Shown piece after piece: positions 10,836-22,578 of a DNA stretch of 64,000 nt (position 1 is its first letter; the number at the start of each line of letters is the position of its first letter). A program made the position numbers and the translations under genes. The notes under the pieces were generated by a model. That model ran no database searches, was not told the origin of the DNA, and worked only from the letters and a program-made list of their open reading frames with translations. The DNA is taken from NCBI GenBank assembly GCA_043228905.1, contig JBHGNT010000015.1:12958001-13022000 (forward strand), written 5' to 3'. Origin of the DNA: Azolla caroliniana. Its lineage: Eukaryota; Plantae; Polypodiophyta.

Positions 10836-13800
10836 TGTTCGGATTTCGGTCCCTCCGGATGGGATGTCCCCGGAGATAAATGACGGCAAGCCCGGTTGCG
10901 GTTACGGAGCCGGATGATGAAGACCCCGGTTACGGAGCCGGATGCTGAATGTACCCGGAGAGAGATCCGGATGCGGGGACATATTTGTGAATATGTTTGC
11001 TAAGAGCCCTTGAGGCTATATTTGTAAATAGCCCGAAAGTCATATGTGTATAAATATGACTTAGGGCAAAAAGTTTATGTCGTTGCTCATTTTTTTTATG
11101 TTTTCAGCCGAGAGAGAGAGAAAAGTGAGTAGCCGAGAGAGAGAGAGAGAGAGAGAGACGAAGAGGTCGTTGCCTCTGTGTACTGCCGCCGCCTATGGCG
11201 AAGACAGTGAGCTCAAGGTTGTTGCCTTGTAGCTTCACCATTGTACATCTCTGTCTATAGTGATAGTTGGAGTTTGAGGACTCCCGTGGTTTTTCCCCAG
11301 TTAGGGTTTTCCACATAAAACATCCCGTGTACTCTTCTCTCTATTGTACTTCGTGCATTTTGTATTTCCTGTTTTCTGAAAGTTGATCCTATTCCTCGGT
11401 TGTGGCCGAGCACTGTTTTACTACAAATTGGTATCAGAGCACGGTTAACACAGAAAATGGAAGGCGGCGGTAGTGGGCCTCCGGGCATGATGGTGTTGAA
11501 CTCACATAACTACGCCGACTGGAAGATAAAGATGGAAGACCTTCTCATCGTTCGAGACCTGTATGAACCGATCGACAATGCCGAGATACCCAAGGGGGTA
11601 ATAGAGTCGGAGTGGAAGCTCCTGAACCGGAAAGCCGTAGCGACGATCCGGTAATATGTCGATGTAAGCGTTCTACAACATGTGGCGAATGACACCAACG
11701 CATATGAGATGTGGAAGAAGCTGTCGGGCCTCTACGAGAGGAAGAATGCGTTGAACCGGACCTCCCTGATGAGGAAGATAGTGAACCTCAAGTACCGGGA
11801 CGGCGAGAATATGGTTGAACACGTGAGCACGTTCATGGGATTCGTGAACCAGCTTGCGGCGATCAAGTTCCCGTTGGAGGATGCAATGCAAGCCATCATT
11901 CTGATGTGTACATTACCGGAAAGCTGGGAGAACTTGGTGGTGACTCTCAGCACCTCCTGCACCGAAGATAACTTGTCTCTACAAACGGTAAAGACAAGCA
12001 TTTTGAACGAAGAAGCGCGTCGGAGAGATAAAGAACCGGTTTCCGATCCGAAGATGCTGCTTACCGAATCGGAACGGGGAAGACAATGGAACTGGAGTCC
12101 GCAAAGACGGGAGAAGTCGGGGACCCGGTCGCAGTCAAGAGGAAGACCCACATGCTTCCACTGTGGGAAGCCGGGGCACTTCCGGAAGAATTGTCGGCAT
12201 TACCGAAAGGACAACGGAGCCGACGACACCGATTCGAAGAAGTCACCGGAGAGAAACGGTGCATACCGAGGAACCACGGACCGGAGAGGTCCGGATCGGC
12301 GAGGGCAGGACCGGAAAGGAACGACGGCACTCGCGGCAAGTGAGGAAGAAATCATGCTCATCACCGAAGAAGGTGAACTAAACATTGCCGGCGATGAGAC
12401 GACCTGGGTGGTCGATTCCGGAGCATCGTTCCACCTGACCCCGGAGAGAAGATACTTCTCATTCTACACAGCCGGTGAGCATGGCTGTGTTCGGATGGGA
12501 AATGAAGGTACGTGCCGCATTGCCGGCATAGGAGATGTGTGGTTGACAACCTCGACCGGATGCAAAATGCTGCTGAAGGATGTTCGACACGTTCCGGAGG
12601 TTCGATTGAACCTGATTTCGGCCGGGAGGCTAGACGATGAAGGCTACACGGGTAGCATCCGGAACGGTGTCATGAAGTTCAGCAAAGGGAGCCTGATAGT
12701 GGCTCGGGCCCGGAAGATCAACACACTGTACCTGATGAATTCCCGGCTATGTCCGGAGGAGCTGAACGTGGCAGCTGACACTGCCGGTGAGCTATGGCAC
12801 AAGAGACTGTGCCACATGAGCGAGAAGGGGATGAAGAGGCTTGCCGAAGACAACCTGATACCGGTAAAGCATGTACACTTGGGGAAGTGTATCGACTGTC
12901 TGGCCGGTAAGCAAAACCGGACCTCCTTCCACTCAAGGCCACCGACGAGACGTAGCGCACCATTGGAGTTGGTGCACACTGACGTGTGTCAGGTAGAAAC
13001 GAAGTCACATGGCGGAGCCCAGTACTTTGTAACATTCATAGATGACCATAGCCGGAAGCTGTGGACGGCACCGTTGAAGACAAAGGACCAAGTATTGTCC
13101 GTCTTCAAAGAACTCCACGCGAGAGTGGAAAGGGAATCCGGCAGGGAGCTGAAAGCGATACGAGCGGATAACGGAGGGGAATACCGGGGGCAGTTCGAGG
13201 AGTACTGTCGCTCGAAGGGAATCCGGCTCGAGTTTACTGTGCCGAAGACGCCGGAACTGAACGGGCTGGCCGAGAGGATGAACCGGACCATAATGGAGAG
13301 GGTCCGGAGTATGCTGGCACATGCGGAATTACACAAGGGGTTTTGGGCTGAGGCGATGTCGACGGCGACATACGTGTTAAACAGATAACCCTCAGTACCT
13401 TTGGACGGAGACACGCGGCAGAGAGTGTGGACCGGTAGGGAAGTATCCTACCGGCATCTGAAGGTGTTCGAGTGTCTCGCATATGTGCATGTGGCAAAGG
13501 ACCGGAGAGGAAAGCTAGACCCAAAGACCCGGCCATGCATATTCCTCGGTTACGGCGACGACGAGTTCGGCTACCGAGTATGGGACCCGGTCGACAAGAA
13601 GATATTCAGGAGTCGAGATATCATCTTCATGGAGGACAAGACACTCGCCGACTGGGAGTCGGAGAAGAAGACGAAGAGCTCCAAGTCAACCGGTGAGGAT
13701 CAACTCTATGAAGAGCAGTCCCGACCGGCAAGGGACCGGTTAGCACTCGAGGATCCGGCCGAAGACGGTGAAGAAACAGAACCAGCCGAGGAAGATGTAA

Positions 13801-16158
13801 CAGATACCTGAACCGGCCCCGATCCTGAAATGGATTCGGATGAAGAGGAAACGGAGGAGCCGGTTACCGAAGCTCCGGAACGGAGATATCCTCTAAGAGA
13901 GAGAAGGGCCCCCCGGAGATTTCCGGAACCAGAGCACGTGCTGCTAACCGACGAGGGGGAGCCGGAAAGTTTTGAAGAAGCAAAGCTTGACAACCATAGC
14001 CGCATGTGGTTAAGTGCCATGCAGGAGGAGATGGATTCCCTGCATGAGAACCACACATATGAACTTGTGGAGTTGCCGAAAGGTAAGCGGGCACTTCGAA
14101 ACAAGTGGGTGTTCAAGCTGAAACCGGGAGATGCCAGAAACCCCCCGAGATACAAAGCCAGGATCGTAGTGAAGGGGTTCCAGCAGAAGAAGGGCGTCGA
14201 CTTCGACGAGATATTTGCCCCGGTAGTGAAGATGACCTCCATCCGGACGGTGCTGAGCATAGCGGCAAGCATGGACCTCGAGGTAGAACAGATGGACGTG
14301 AAGACGGCATTCCTTCACGGTGACCTCGAAGAAGAGATCTACATGCAGCAACCGGAAGGATTCGAGAAGAAAGGGAAGGAGCACCTGGTATGCCGGTTGA
14401 AGAAGAGCCTTTACGGACTGAAGCAGGCTCCCCGGCAATGGTACCGGAAGTTCGACTCCTTCATGACCGACGAAGGGTACCACAAAACGCAGTCCGATCA
14501 CTGCGTGTTTGTGAAGAAGTTCGAAGGAGGAGACTCTCTAATACTCCTCTTGTACGTGGACGACATGTTGATCGTCGGACGGGACCAGGGCAAGATACGG
14601 ATGCTGAAGAAAGCACTTCACCGAACCTTCTCAATGAAGGACCTGGGTCCGGCGAGGCAAATACTAGGGATGCACATCATCCGAGACCGGAAGAAGAAGC
14701 AGTTGTGGCTGTCACAGGAGAAGTACGTAACAAAGGTGCTTCACCGGTTCAACATGTCGGAAGCAAGACCTGTCGGATCAATCCTCCCGGCAAACTGCAA
14801 GCTGTCCAGCAAGCAAAGCCCCAAGACAAAGGCTGAGAAAGAGGACATGATGAAAGTACCATATGCCTCTGCCGTCGGAAGCTTGATGTACGCAATGGTG
14901 TGTACAAGACCGGACATAGGATATGCAGTCGGAGTGGTGAGCCGGTACATGAGCAATCCCGGCAAAGAACACTGGAACGCGGTCAAGTGGAGACTGCGAT
15001 ACCTGAAGGGCACGACAAACGTATGCCTCCGATTCGGCTCCGGTAAGCCCGAACTCGACGGCTTTACCGATTCGGATATGTCGGTTGATGCAGATACCAG
15101 CCGGTCCACATCAGGGTATGTGATGACGTATGCAGGGGGAGCTGTTTCGTGGCAGTCGAGGCTGCAGAAGACGGTTGCGTTGTCAACCACGGAGGCGGAG
15201 TACATGGCGGCTGTTGAAGCCGGCAAGGAAATGATATGGATGAAGGACTTCATTAGAGAGCTCGGTATCCGGCAGGAGGAGTACCGACTCTACTGTGACA
15301 GTCAGAGTGCCATCCACCTTGCGAAGAACGCGGCCTATCACTCCCGGACGAAGCACATCCAGCGAAGATATCACTGGATCCGGGAAAGGATAGAAGACCA
15401 GGAGTTCGTGCTGATGAAGATCCACACGGACGAGAACGGCTCAGATATGCTGACCAAAGTGCTCACACCCGACAAGTTGGAAGCATGCCGGAAGAGGATT
15501 GGATTGGAGAGACATCCCATGCCGAAGTGAAGGGGGAGTTTGTTGGGATTTCGGTCCCTCCGGATGGGATGTCCCCGGAGATAAATGACGGCAAGCCCGG
15601 TTGCGGTTACGGAGCCGGATGATGAAGACCCCGGTTACGGAGCCGGATGATGAAGACCCCGGTTACGGAGCCGGATGCTGAATGTACTCGGAGAGAGATC
15701 CGGATGCGGGGACATATTTGTGAATATGTTTGCTAAGAGCCCTTGAGGCCATATTTGTAAATAGCCCGAAAGTCATATGTGTATAAATATGACTTAGGGC
15801 AAACAGTTTATGTCGTTGCTCATTTTTTTTATGTTTTCAGCCGAGAGAGAGAGAAAAGTGAGTAGCCGAGAGAGAGAGAGAGAGAGAGAGACGAAGAGGT
15901 CGTTGCCTCTGTGTACTGCCGCCGCCTGTGGCGAAGACAGTGAGCTCAAGGTTGTTGCCTTGTAGCTTCACCATTGTACATCTCTGTCTATAGTGATAGT
16001 TGGAGTTTGAGGACTCCCATGGTTTTTCCCCAGTTAGGGTTTTCCACGTAAAACATCCCGTGTACTCTTCTCTCTATTGTACTTCGTGCATTTTGTATTT
16101 CCTGTTTTCTGAAAGTTGATCCTATTCCTCGGTTGTGGCCGAGCACTGTTTTACTACA
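10836..16158 (+). mobile_element. Full-length Ty1/Copia (Tnt1/Tork-like) element 'D' inserted in the LTR of C
   Basis: LTRs 10836-11425 and 15541-16158, TSD ATACC, PBS TGGTATCAGAGC (iMet) 11429-11440, PPT GAAGGGGGAG before 15541. Confidence 0.97.
11457..15530 (+). pseudogene. Copia gag-pol polyprotein (gag, PR, INT, RT, RNase H) with three in-frame stops
   Basis: CFHCGKPGHFRKNC, WVVDSGASFH, LELVHTDVC/RADNGGEY, LLYVDDML, RTKHIQRRYH. Stops end at 11654, 13388 and 13811. Confidence 0.95.
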
Positions 16159-16880
16159 ATACCTTCTCTCCCCATCTCCCTCTCTTTTATAGCTCAAGGA
16201 GGGAGGTTGTTTCACCCGTTTACATCACATTAATTCTCTGTCCTTTCGGACAGAGATACTCCTCGATTCTCCCTATAGAATATTGCTACCTAGGATTCGA
16301 CTTTTGTGCCTACCTATCTACTATACAACAAGGGGCGTGCCCACGTGTAAGGGCCGGTTCACACACGCTATACACGGTTTGCGCCTGGGGACGGTTTTCT
16401 TCACGACATCGTTATGACCTCTGTGTCGATTTCTTTGATCACCTTGTCGGCTTCTTTGTGTGGCGGTGCCTCCATAATCATCAAGAAGCCCTCGAGCCCG
16501 TGTTGCTTTAGCCATTTCTTGGCGGCTTCCGACAGTGTTTGCGGGTCCATGTCTGTGTCGAGGTCGGATTGTGGTGGCGAGGTTGGATGGTGATGAGAGT
16601 GAGAGTGAGAGAGAGAGAGTTCAGAAAGCGGGGGTTCTCTGTGCATAGGTTCTCGTCTGGTGATCTGCCAACGCCTTGGTGCTTCTGTGCTCCTGGGTTC
16701 GCGAAAGTAGAAGGTCTCCATGCGCTGTGGTTTTTCTTTGTGCATTCTGGCGCCTTTTTCGAGCGTGTGCATGTCGTGTCCTAAAATAAAAAGCGAAGTA
16801 ATCCTGCAAAAGCGAGGTATGAACGGACGAGAGAACGAGGAGTGAAAAGGTACGTAGTCGGCATTTAAGCGCCGCCACAG

Positions 16881-19509
16881 GACTACCGGAAACTCAATGC
16901 GGCTATGGTAACGGATGCGTTTCCACTTTCGTTCACAGATGGAGTGTTGGATGCCGTCGCCGGCCATGAGGCCTATAGCTTTCTAGAAGAATTCAGCGGG
17001 TATAATCAGATCCGGATGCACCCTGACGACCAAGAGAAAACGGCTTTCGTCACCGAATGGGGGGTGTTTGTGGCCGTGGTGATGATGTTCGGGTCCTCAA
17101 AACGGCACCGGCAACATTCCAACGAATCATCATGGAAATCTTTGGTGAATATATCCCGACTTTTATGCAGGTTTTCCTTGACAATTTCGCCATCTATAGC
17201 CGGGAAGAGGACCATTTTCAGCACCTCCGTCTTTGTCTAGAAAAGTGTAGAGCGTACCGGCTAAGCTTGAATCCGGCGAAGTGTGTATTTGGCGTGTCCA
17301 GTGGAACCCTACTAGGACATATTGTGAGCAAGGAAGGCATTGCAGTTGACCCGAACAAAGTGAAAGCCATATTAGAAGCACTGGCGCCGGCAATGGCAAA
17401 GGCATTGAGTCGGTTCTTAGGCCAGATCCGGTGGCACAACCGGATGCTCCGATACTTGGCCGACCTGGCTACACCGTTGCATGCCGCGGTACATCGAACA
17501 CCATTTCAGTGGACCGACACCGAGGATAGGGCATATACGGCCCTCAAGGTACTATTGTCGCAAGCACCGGTAGTGCAGCCTCCGGATTGGAGTAAAGAAT
17601 TTCATGTGTTCGTGGACGCCTCCGACATCGCAATCAGAAGCGCACTGATGCAGCTTACAGAGCCAAAGTGGTACCGGCCAGTGTACTATGCCAGCCGAAA
17701 GCTATCCCAAGCGGAATGGAACTACTCTACCACGGAACGGGAAGCTCTAGGGATGATCTACAGTGTGACAAAGTTTTGGCATTATTTATTGGGAAGGAAG
17801 TTTTCCTTCCATGTAGATCATTCGGCACTCCTCTACCTGGTGTCCAAGGCGTCACTCACCGGTAAGTTGGCCCGGTGGACCTTACTGTTACAGGAATTCG
17901 AGTTCGAAATATTCCACCGACCCGGTATACAGCATGCCGTAGCGGATTATTTAAGCCGATTAGAGTTCGGAGAGACGGGCGACGGAGTAGCGGACGAGTT
18001 TCCGGATGTGGAGTTGTTTCAAGTCACTACGGAAACGGCAGAAGATGAAACAGTGGCACAGGAAGACAAGTGGCTCACAAATATGCACCAGTTTTTGAGC
18101 ACAGGACTGCCTCCAGAGGAGATGAACCGGGACGAAAGGAAACGCCTGGCGGTGCAAAGTTGACATTTTTGCTTACTGCGAGACACAATTTACCACAAGG
18201 GCGCGGATGGCATATGGAGACGGGTTGTGCGCAGCGATGAAAAGGACCTCATACTGAGGGAAGCCCACTGCGGAGTTGCCGGAGGTCACTATGCCGGAGA
18301 TGTGACGGCCAGGAAAATATGGCAAAGTGGCCTATGGTGGCCAACTACATTAAGAGATGTTGTACGGTACGCAAAAGAATGTGACCTATGCTAGCGAATG
18401 GGCCAGCCAACGGAGCAAGCTCGGATGCCACACCAGCCTGTACTACCACTCGAACCATTCCAGAAGTGGGGGTTGGACTTTGTTGGACCGTTCAAACCAC
18501 CGGCAATGAGAACAGGTAATCGGTACGTCATCGTCGCGACGGATTACTGCACGAAATGGGTGGAGGCCAAAGCCTTAAGAGACAACACCGTTGCGTCAAC
18601 GGCAAAATTTCTATACGAATACATCTGGTGCCGTTACGGATGCCCAATCGAATTAATAAGCGACCAAGGGGGCACTTTCTCGGCCAAGTAGTTGAAAGCC
18701 TGACGACATTCTATGCCGTTGTCCATAAACGGAGCACACCGTACTATCCGCAAGCAAACGGGTTAGCTGAGTCGACGAACAAAACACTCCAGACTATCCT
18801 CCGGAAGATCGTCAACGAAAACCGAACGGATTGGGATACCAAGCTACATAGCGCGCTTTGGGCATACCGGACAACATACAAAACGAGCATCCGAACAACA
18901 CCGTTCCGGTTAGCGTTCGGACTAGAGGCGGTCATGCCGGTGGAATTCCAAGTGCCAAGCTTACGGATCCAGCTACGGGAACGGCTGAATGAGAAGGAGT
19001 CGGAGGCAATACGGTTAACAGCGCTGTGTGAACTCGAGGAACAACGACTGGCAAGCATCCTGCACTTAGAATTGGAACAACGGCGACGGAAAGCATTTGT
19101 CGACCGGCACAGAAAAGGAAATGAAAAAATGTTCGAAATCGGCAAGCCGGTGTTAGTATTTCAGACCCGGATGGGCAAGATGCCGGGTAAACTACGGTTT
19201 AGATGGACCGGCCCGTATTGGCTGACACGTGACTATAATGGGTCCTACCAGTTAGGGACACTTGCCGGCGAAGTGCTAGGCAAATGGGTCAACGGATTCA
19301 GATTGAAGCCATATAGAGGACCGATGCCCAAGAACCCATTTGAGCAAAGGACCGACACCGGATTGGGAACCGGTGCGGAAATGACAACCTGTGAGGGAAA
19401 CGGCAACCGCCAAGACGGAGGAGACGGCAAGCCAGTAATTGGGGAGAATGAGGCGACGACAAACTGTAATGAGGCCGGTAAGGGTCCGATAGGACCAATG
19501 GACAAGTAA
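16881..19509 (+). pseudogene. Gypsy pol (RT, RNase H, integrase with GPY/F motif; no chromodomain or second RNase H seen), frameshifted
   Basis: DYRKLNA, SGYNQIRMHPDDQEKTAF, VFLDNFAIY, VFVDASD, YSTTEREAL, WGLDFVGPF, LISDQG, YPQANGLAE, WTGPY...RLKPY. Confidence 0.93.
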
Positions 19510-19868
19510 CCTCACACTACATTAAAAATTAAAAAAAAAAAAAAGAAAAAAAAAAAAAGCGAAGTAATCATGCAAAAGCGAGTGAAAAGGTACGTAGTGG
19601 GCATTTAAGCGCCGCCACAGGACATAATGCTATTTTAGGACACGACGTGCACACGCTCGAAAAAGGTGCCAGAATGCACAAAGAAAAATCACAGCGCATG
19701 GAGACCTTCTACTTTCGCGAACCCAGGAGCACAGAAGCACCAAGGCGTTGGCAGATCACCAGACGAGAACCTACGCACAGAGAACCCCCGCTTTCTGAAC
19801 TCTCTCTCTCTCACTCTCACTCTCATCACCATCCAACCTCGCCACCACAATCCGACCTCAACACAGAC

Positions 19869-22089
19869 ATGGACCCGCAAACGCTGTCGGAAGCCGCCAA
19901 GAAATGGCTAAAGCAACACGGGCTCGAGGGCTTCTTGACGATTATGGAGGCACCACCACACAAAGAAGCCGACAAGGTGATCAAGGAAATCGACACAGAG
20001 GTCATAACGGCGGAGGCGATCCGTGCGTTACCAGGCCTTCCGGAGGGAGGCATATTCACAATCGACAATCCGACCTCGGAGCAACTCATCAAGTATTTTG
20101 GTGAGTACTCCCTAGCCAGCAAGGGCTACCGGACACAGGGTGGCAGAGATATGTTGTTTCGTGAGATTGCCCGTGTGCTCCACGAATACGGCCATGTGTA
20201 CCTTAGACCCCCTGTCATGCCGCAGAACCGACCAGGGATGATCATCGCCACCTATGAAGGGATCAAGGTGGATTGGCCGGTGTTGATCGCAAACGGGTTG
20301 TGTGTGGCGATCGAGATCGTCAAAGGAAAAGACGGCACAGAAGGCCGAGACGGACGGAGGATATGGCACGCAGTAACGTAGTGGCTCACCTTGCTTGTGC
20401 CACCTGTCCAGCCCGTCCAACCCAAGAAGCGGGGAAGAGTGGCGGACGGCACCCCAAAGACTGCTTCCAAAAGACAACAACTGTTGGCCTCTAAGGCCAC
20501 TAAGGGGAAGGCGGCGGACGCAGAACAAGCGGGAAAGGAGAGCGCCAGCCGGAAGCGGCCAACGGAGGCGCAAGAGGAACCACCAATACGGCCCGTAAAG
20601 ATTACACTCCGCCGACCGGTGAATAGACTTGGATCAGGTCACGACAGAAATGGCCAAAATGGCCTTAACGGCAACACATATCCAAGCACCGGTGACTCCG
20701 GTAAGTGTACAGGATAAAGAAGCAGACCAACCTGTACATACTAATAAGACCCCGGCAACGGAGACCGTTCCAGAGAGAGATGCGGCGCAAGCCCAGGAGC
20801 TTGCGGAATTGAGAGATGAACTTACCGCACAAGAAGCGCTAAGGAGCCGTGAACGGGAATTGAAGACAGCGGCCGAAGCAGAATTAAAGAAGACTGTTGA
20901 GAACCTCCGCCGGGCAGAGGAGAGCCTCTGGAAAGGCCATCAAGCTTACGACCGGCTATGGGAGGAAAAAGACAAAGTGCTACAAGAAAAGGACAAGTTG
21001 CGGAAGATGGCGGAAATGGAAATTGAACGGCTAAAGGGGGAGCCCCGCCAGCAGAAGGACCGCGAGGATCGGGCCCGTCGACAGATCAACGTACGGCTCA
21101 AGCAAAAGACAGATGATTTTGAGCACCTGCACCAGGACTACAAACGACTGGAAATGGAGCATAAGGAACGGATGGCCGAGCTCCGGCAGGAAGTTGATCA
21201 GGCCGCGACGGCGCTTGCCGACGAACGAGCGGAAAATACAAGACGGTTGGACGAGGCGGAGAAGGTCCGGATGGAGCTCCAGAGGCAGCAACAGGAAGAA
21301 AGGGAGAGAGCGACAACGGTATTGCAAAAATTACAAAGCACATATCAAGGGCAATTGATGCATTACAAGGAGCAGGCGGACGGCAACGTCAAAATCATCA
21401 AGCAATTGCAGGTGTAACGGCAAGCTGCGGAGATCAAATCGCAGATGGGAACGAGCCGGATTCAGTGCATCCTCCGGGCATGGCTGAATCAGACAAAACG
21501 CTTGATTGACGAAAGCTCCGTAAGATGGTGGACAAAGTGGGCACAAAATACGGCGGAACTCCAATTGCTACGGGAAGACGTGGAAAACTGGCGGAAGGAA
21601 GGAGATGATTGTTACACGTTGACTTCCGAGGACTTCATTGCCATACGGGACGAGCTGGCTGAAGACTTCCAAGTCCTGGCGGATGAACAGCTGGTGCAGG
21701 TCCGACAACTCGTAGCTCAGCTAGATGATGATAGGCTGGACGCTCAAATCCAGTTTGAGAGCTACGAGTGGTCCCGAGTTCAGGAAGAAAAACCACGAGA
21801 AGCGGCAACGGTTAACCTTAGTGATGAGGAACCGTCGTCGGCCGAGGGCCAGGCCAGAACCAGTCAATCGGAGACCACTACGACGGAGGGAGCAACGACG
21901 GAAACGCCGGTGTCAGAGCAACAAACGGAGGAGCAGCCGCAGCAGCCACCAAAGGACCAGTCGCAACAGCCATCAACGAAGCAGCAACAGTAGCAGCAAC
22001 AACCACAACAACAACAACAACAACCAATTCCAGATGAACCATTGGAGACTCTCGAACAAAGCATTCTGGATATCTTGGACGAAGAATAG
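19869..22089 (+). pseudogene. Extra ORF of copy B, same sense as pol, with stops and an internal deletion near 20625
   Basis: ORFs 19647-20381, 20391-20717, 20629-21417 and 21445-21993 match the A extra ORF nearly residue for residue. Confidence 0.8.
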
Positions 22090-22578
22090 CAAGGGTCGGA
22101 TGGTGGATTCGACGTACAAGGTACTGTCCCACGGGCGTGCCATGTGTTACCGGCCGGCAAAGGAGTCCAGAGTGTGAAGCGAAGGAGTTATTTAATTATT
22201 AAGGAATGGTTGTGAGTAAGCTATTAGTGTGGACGGACAGACCGGAATCGGTATGCGTTCCAGATCCGGACCGATCCCGAACAGGTGCGGATGGCACCGT
22301 TTTGTACTACAAACCGGAAACCTATTTAAAGGCCCGGATACAATGTAATGGGCAACAGATAATTAATGAAGCTTAGTGTTTTTATCTCTCTGTGTTAATT
22401 GTTGTTCTGGATTCATTGTTATATCTTACGCGTGTGATTATTAAGGACGATCTTGCTAAGCAACCTAATTAAGTCGGATTAATCGTTGAGCCTAATCCTC
22501 TTGCCGTAACACCCCTTTAGTGAAGTGTCTTCCGTAGACACCCTGTGTTAGGCCATTGTCCGGCCCTAAGAGTTAACA

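Larger units (their letters stand above)
9039..16408 (-). mobile_element. Internally deleted tRNA-Trp-primed Gypsy 'C' inserted in the extra ORF of A (LTRs 9039-~9655 truncated; 10405-10835 + 16164-16408)
   Basis: Direct LTR repeats starting TGTCGAGTTG and ending CACGACA; 4-bp TSD CCGT/TCGT; PBS-Trp 10382-10399; gag fragment 9656-10360 (GRFSGKDATSYLASYRAEM) homologous to the 1800-3101 N-terminus. Confidence 0.85.
16789..22578 (+). mobile_element. Second, 5'-truncated copy 'B' of the element-A family in inverted orientation (pol, extra ORF, 3' LTR 22145-22578)
   Basis: LTR is the reverse complement of 5903-6337 and abuts A's gag-pol at 22579; contains RT/RH/INT and the extra ORF. Confidence 0.88.

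Noticed and set aside
13706-15253. Long antisense ORFs within Copia elements (also in G, H, I)
   Set aside because: Expected shadows of GC-rich pol codon usage; no independent motifs.
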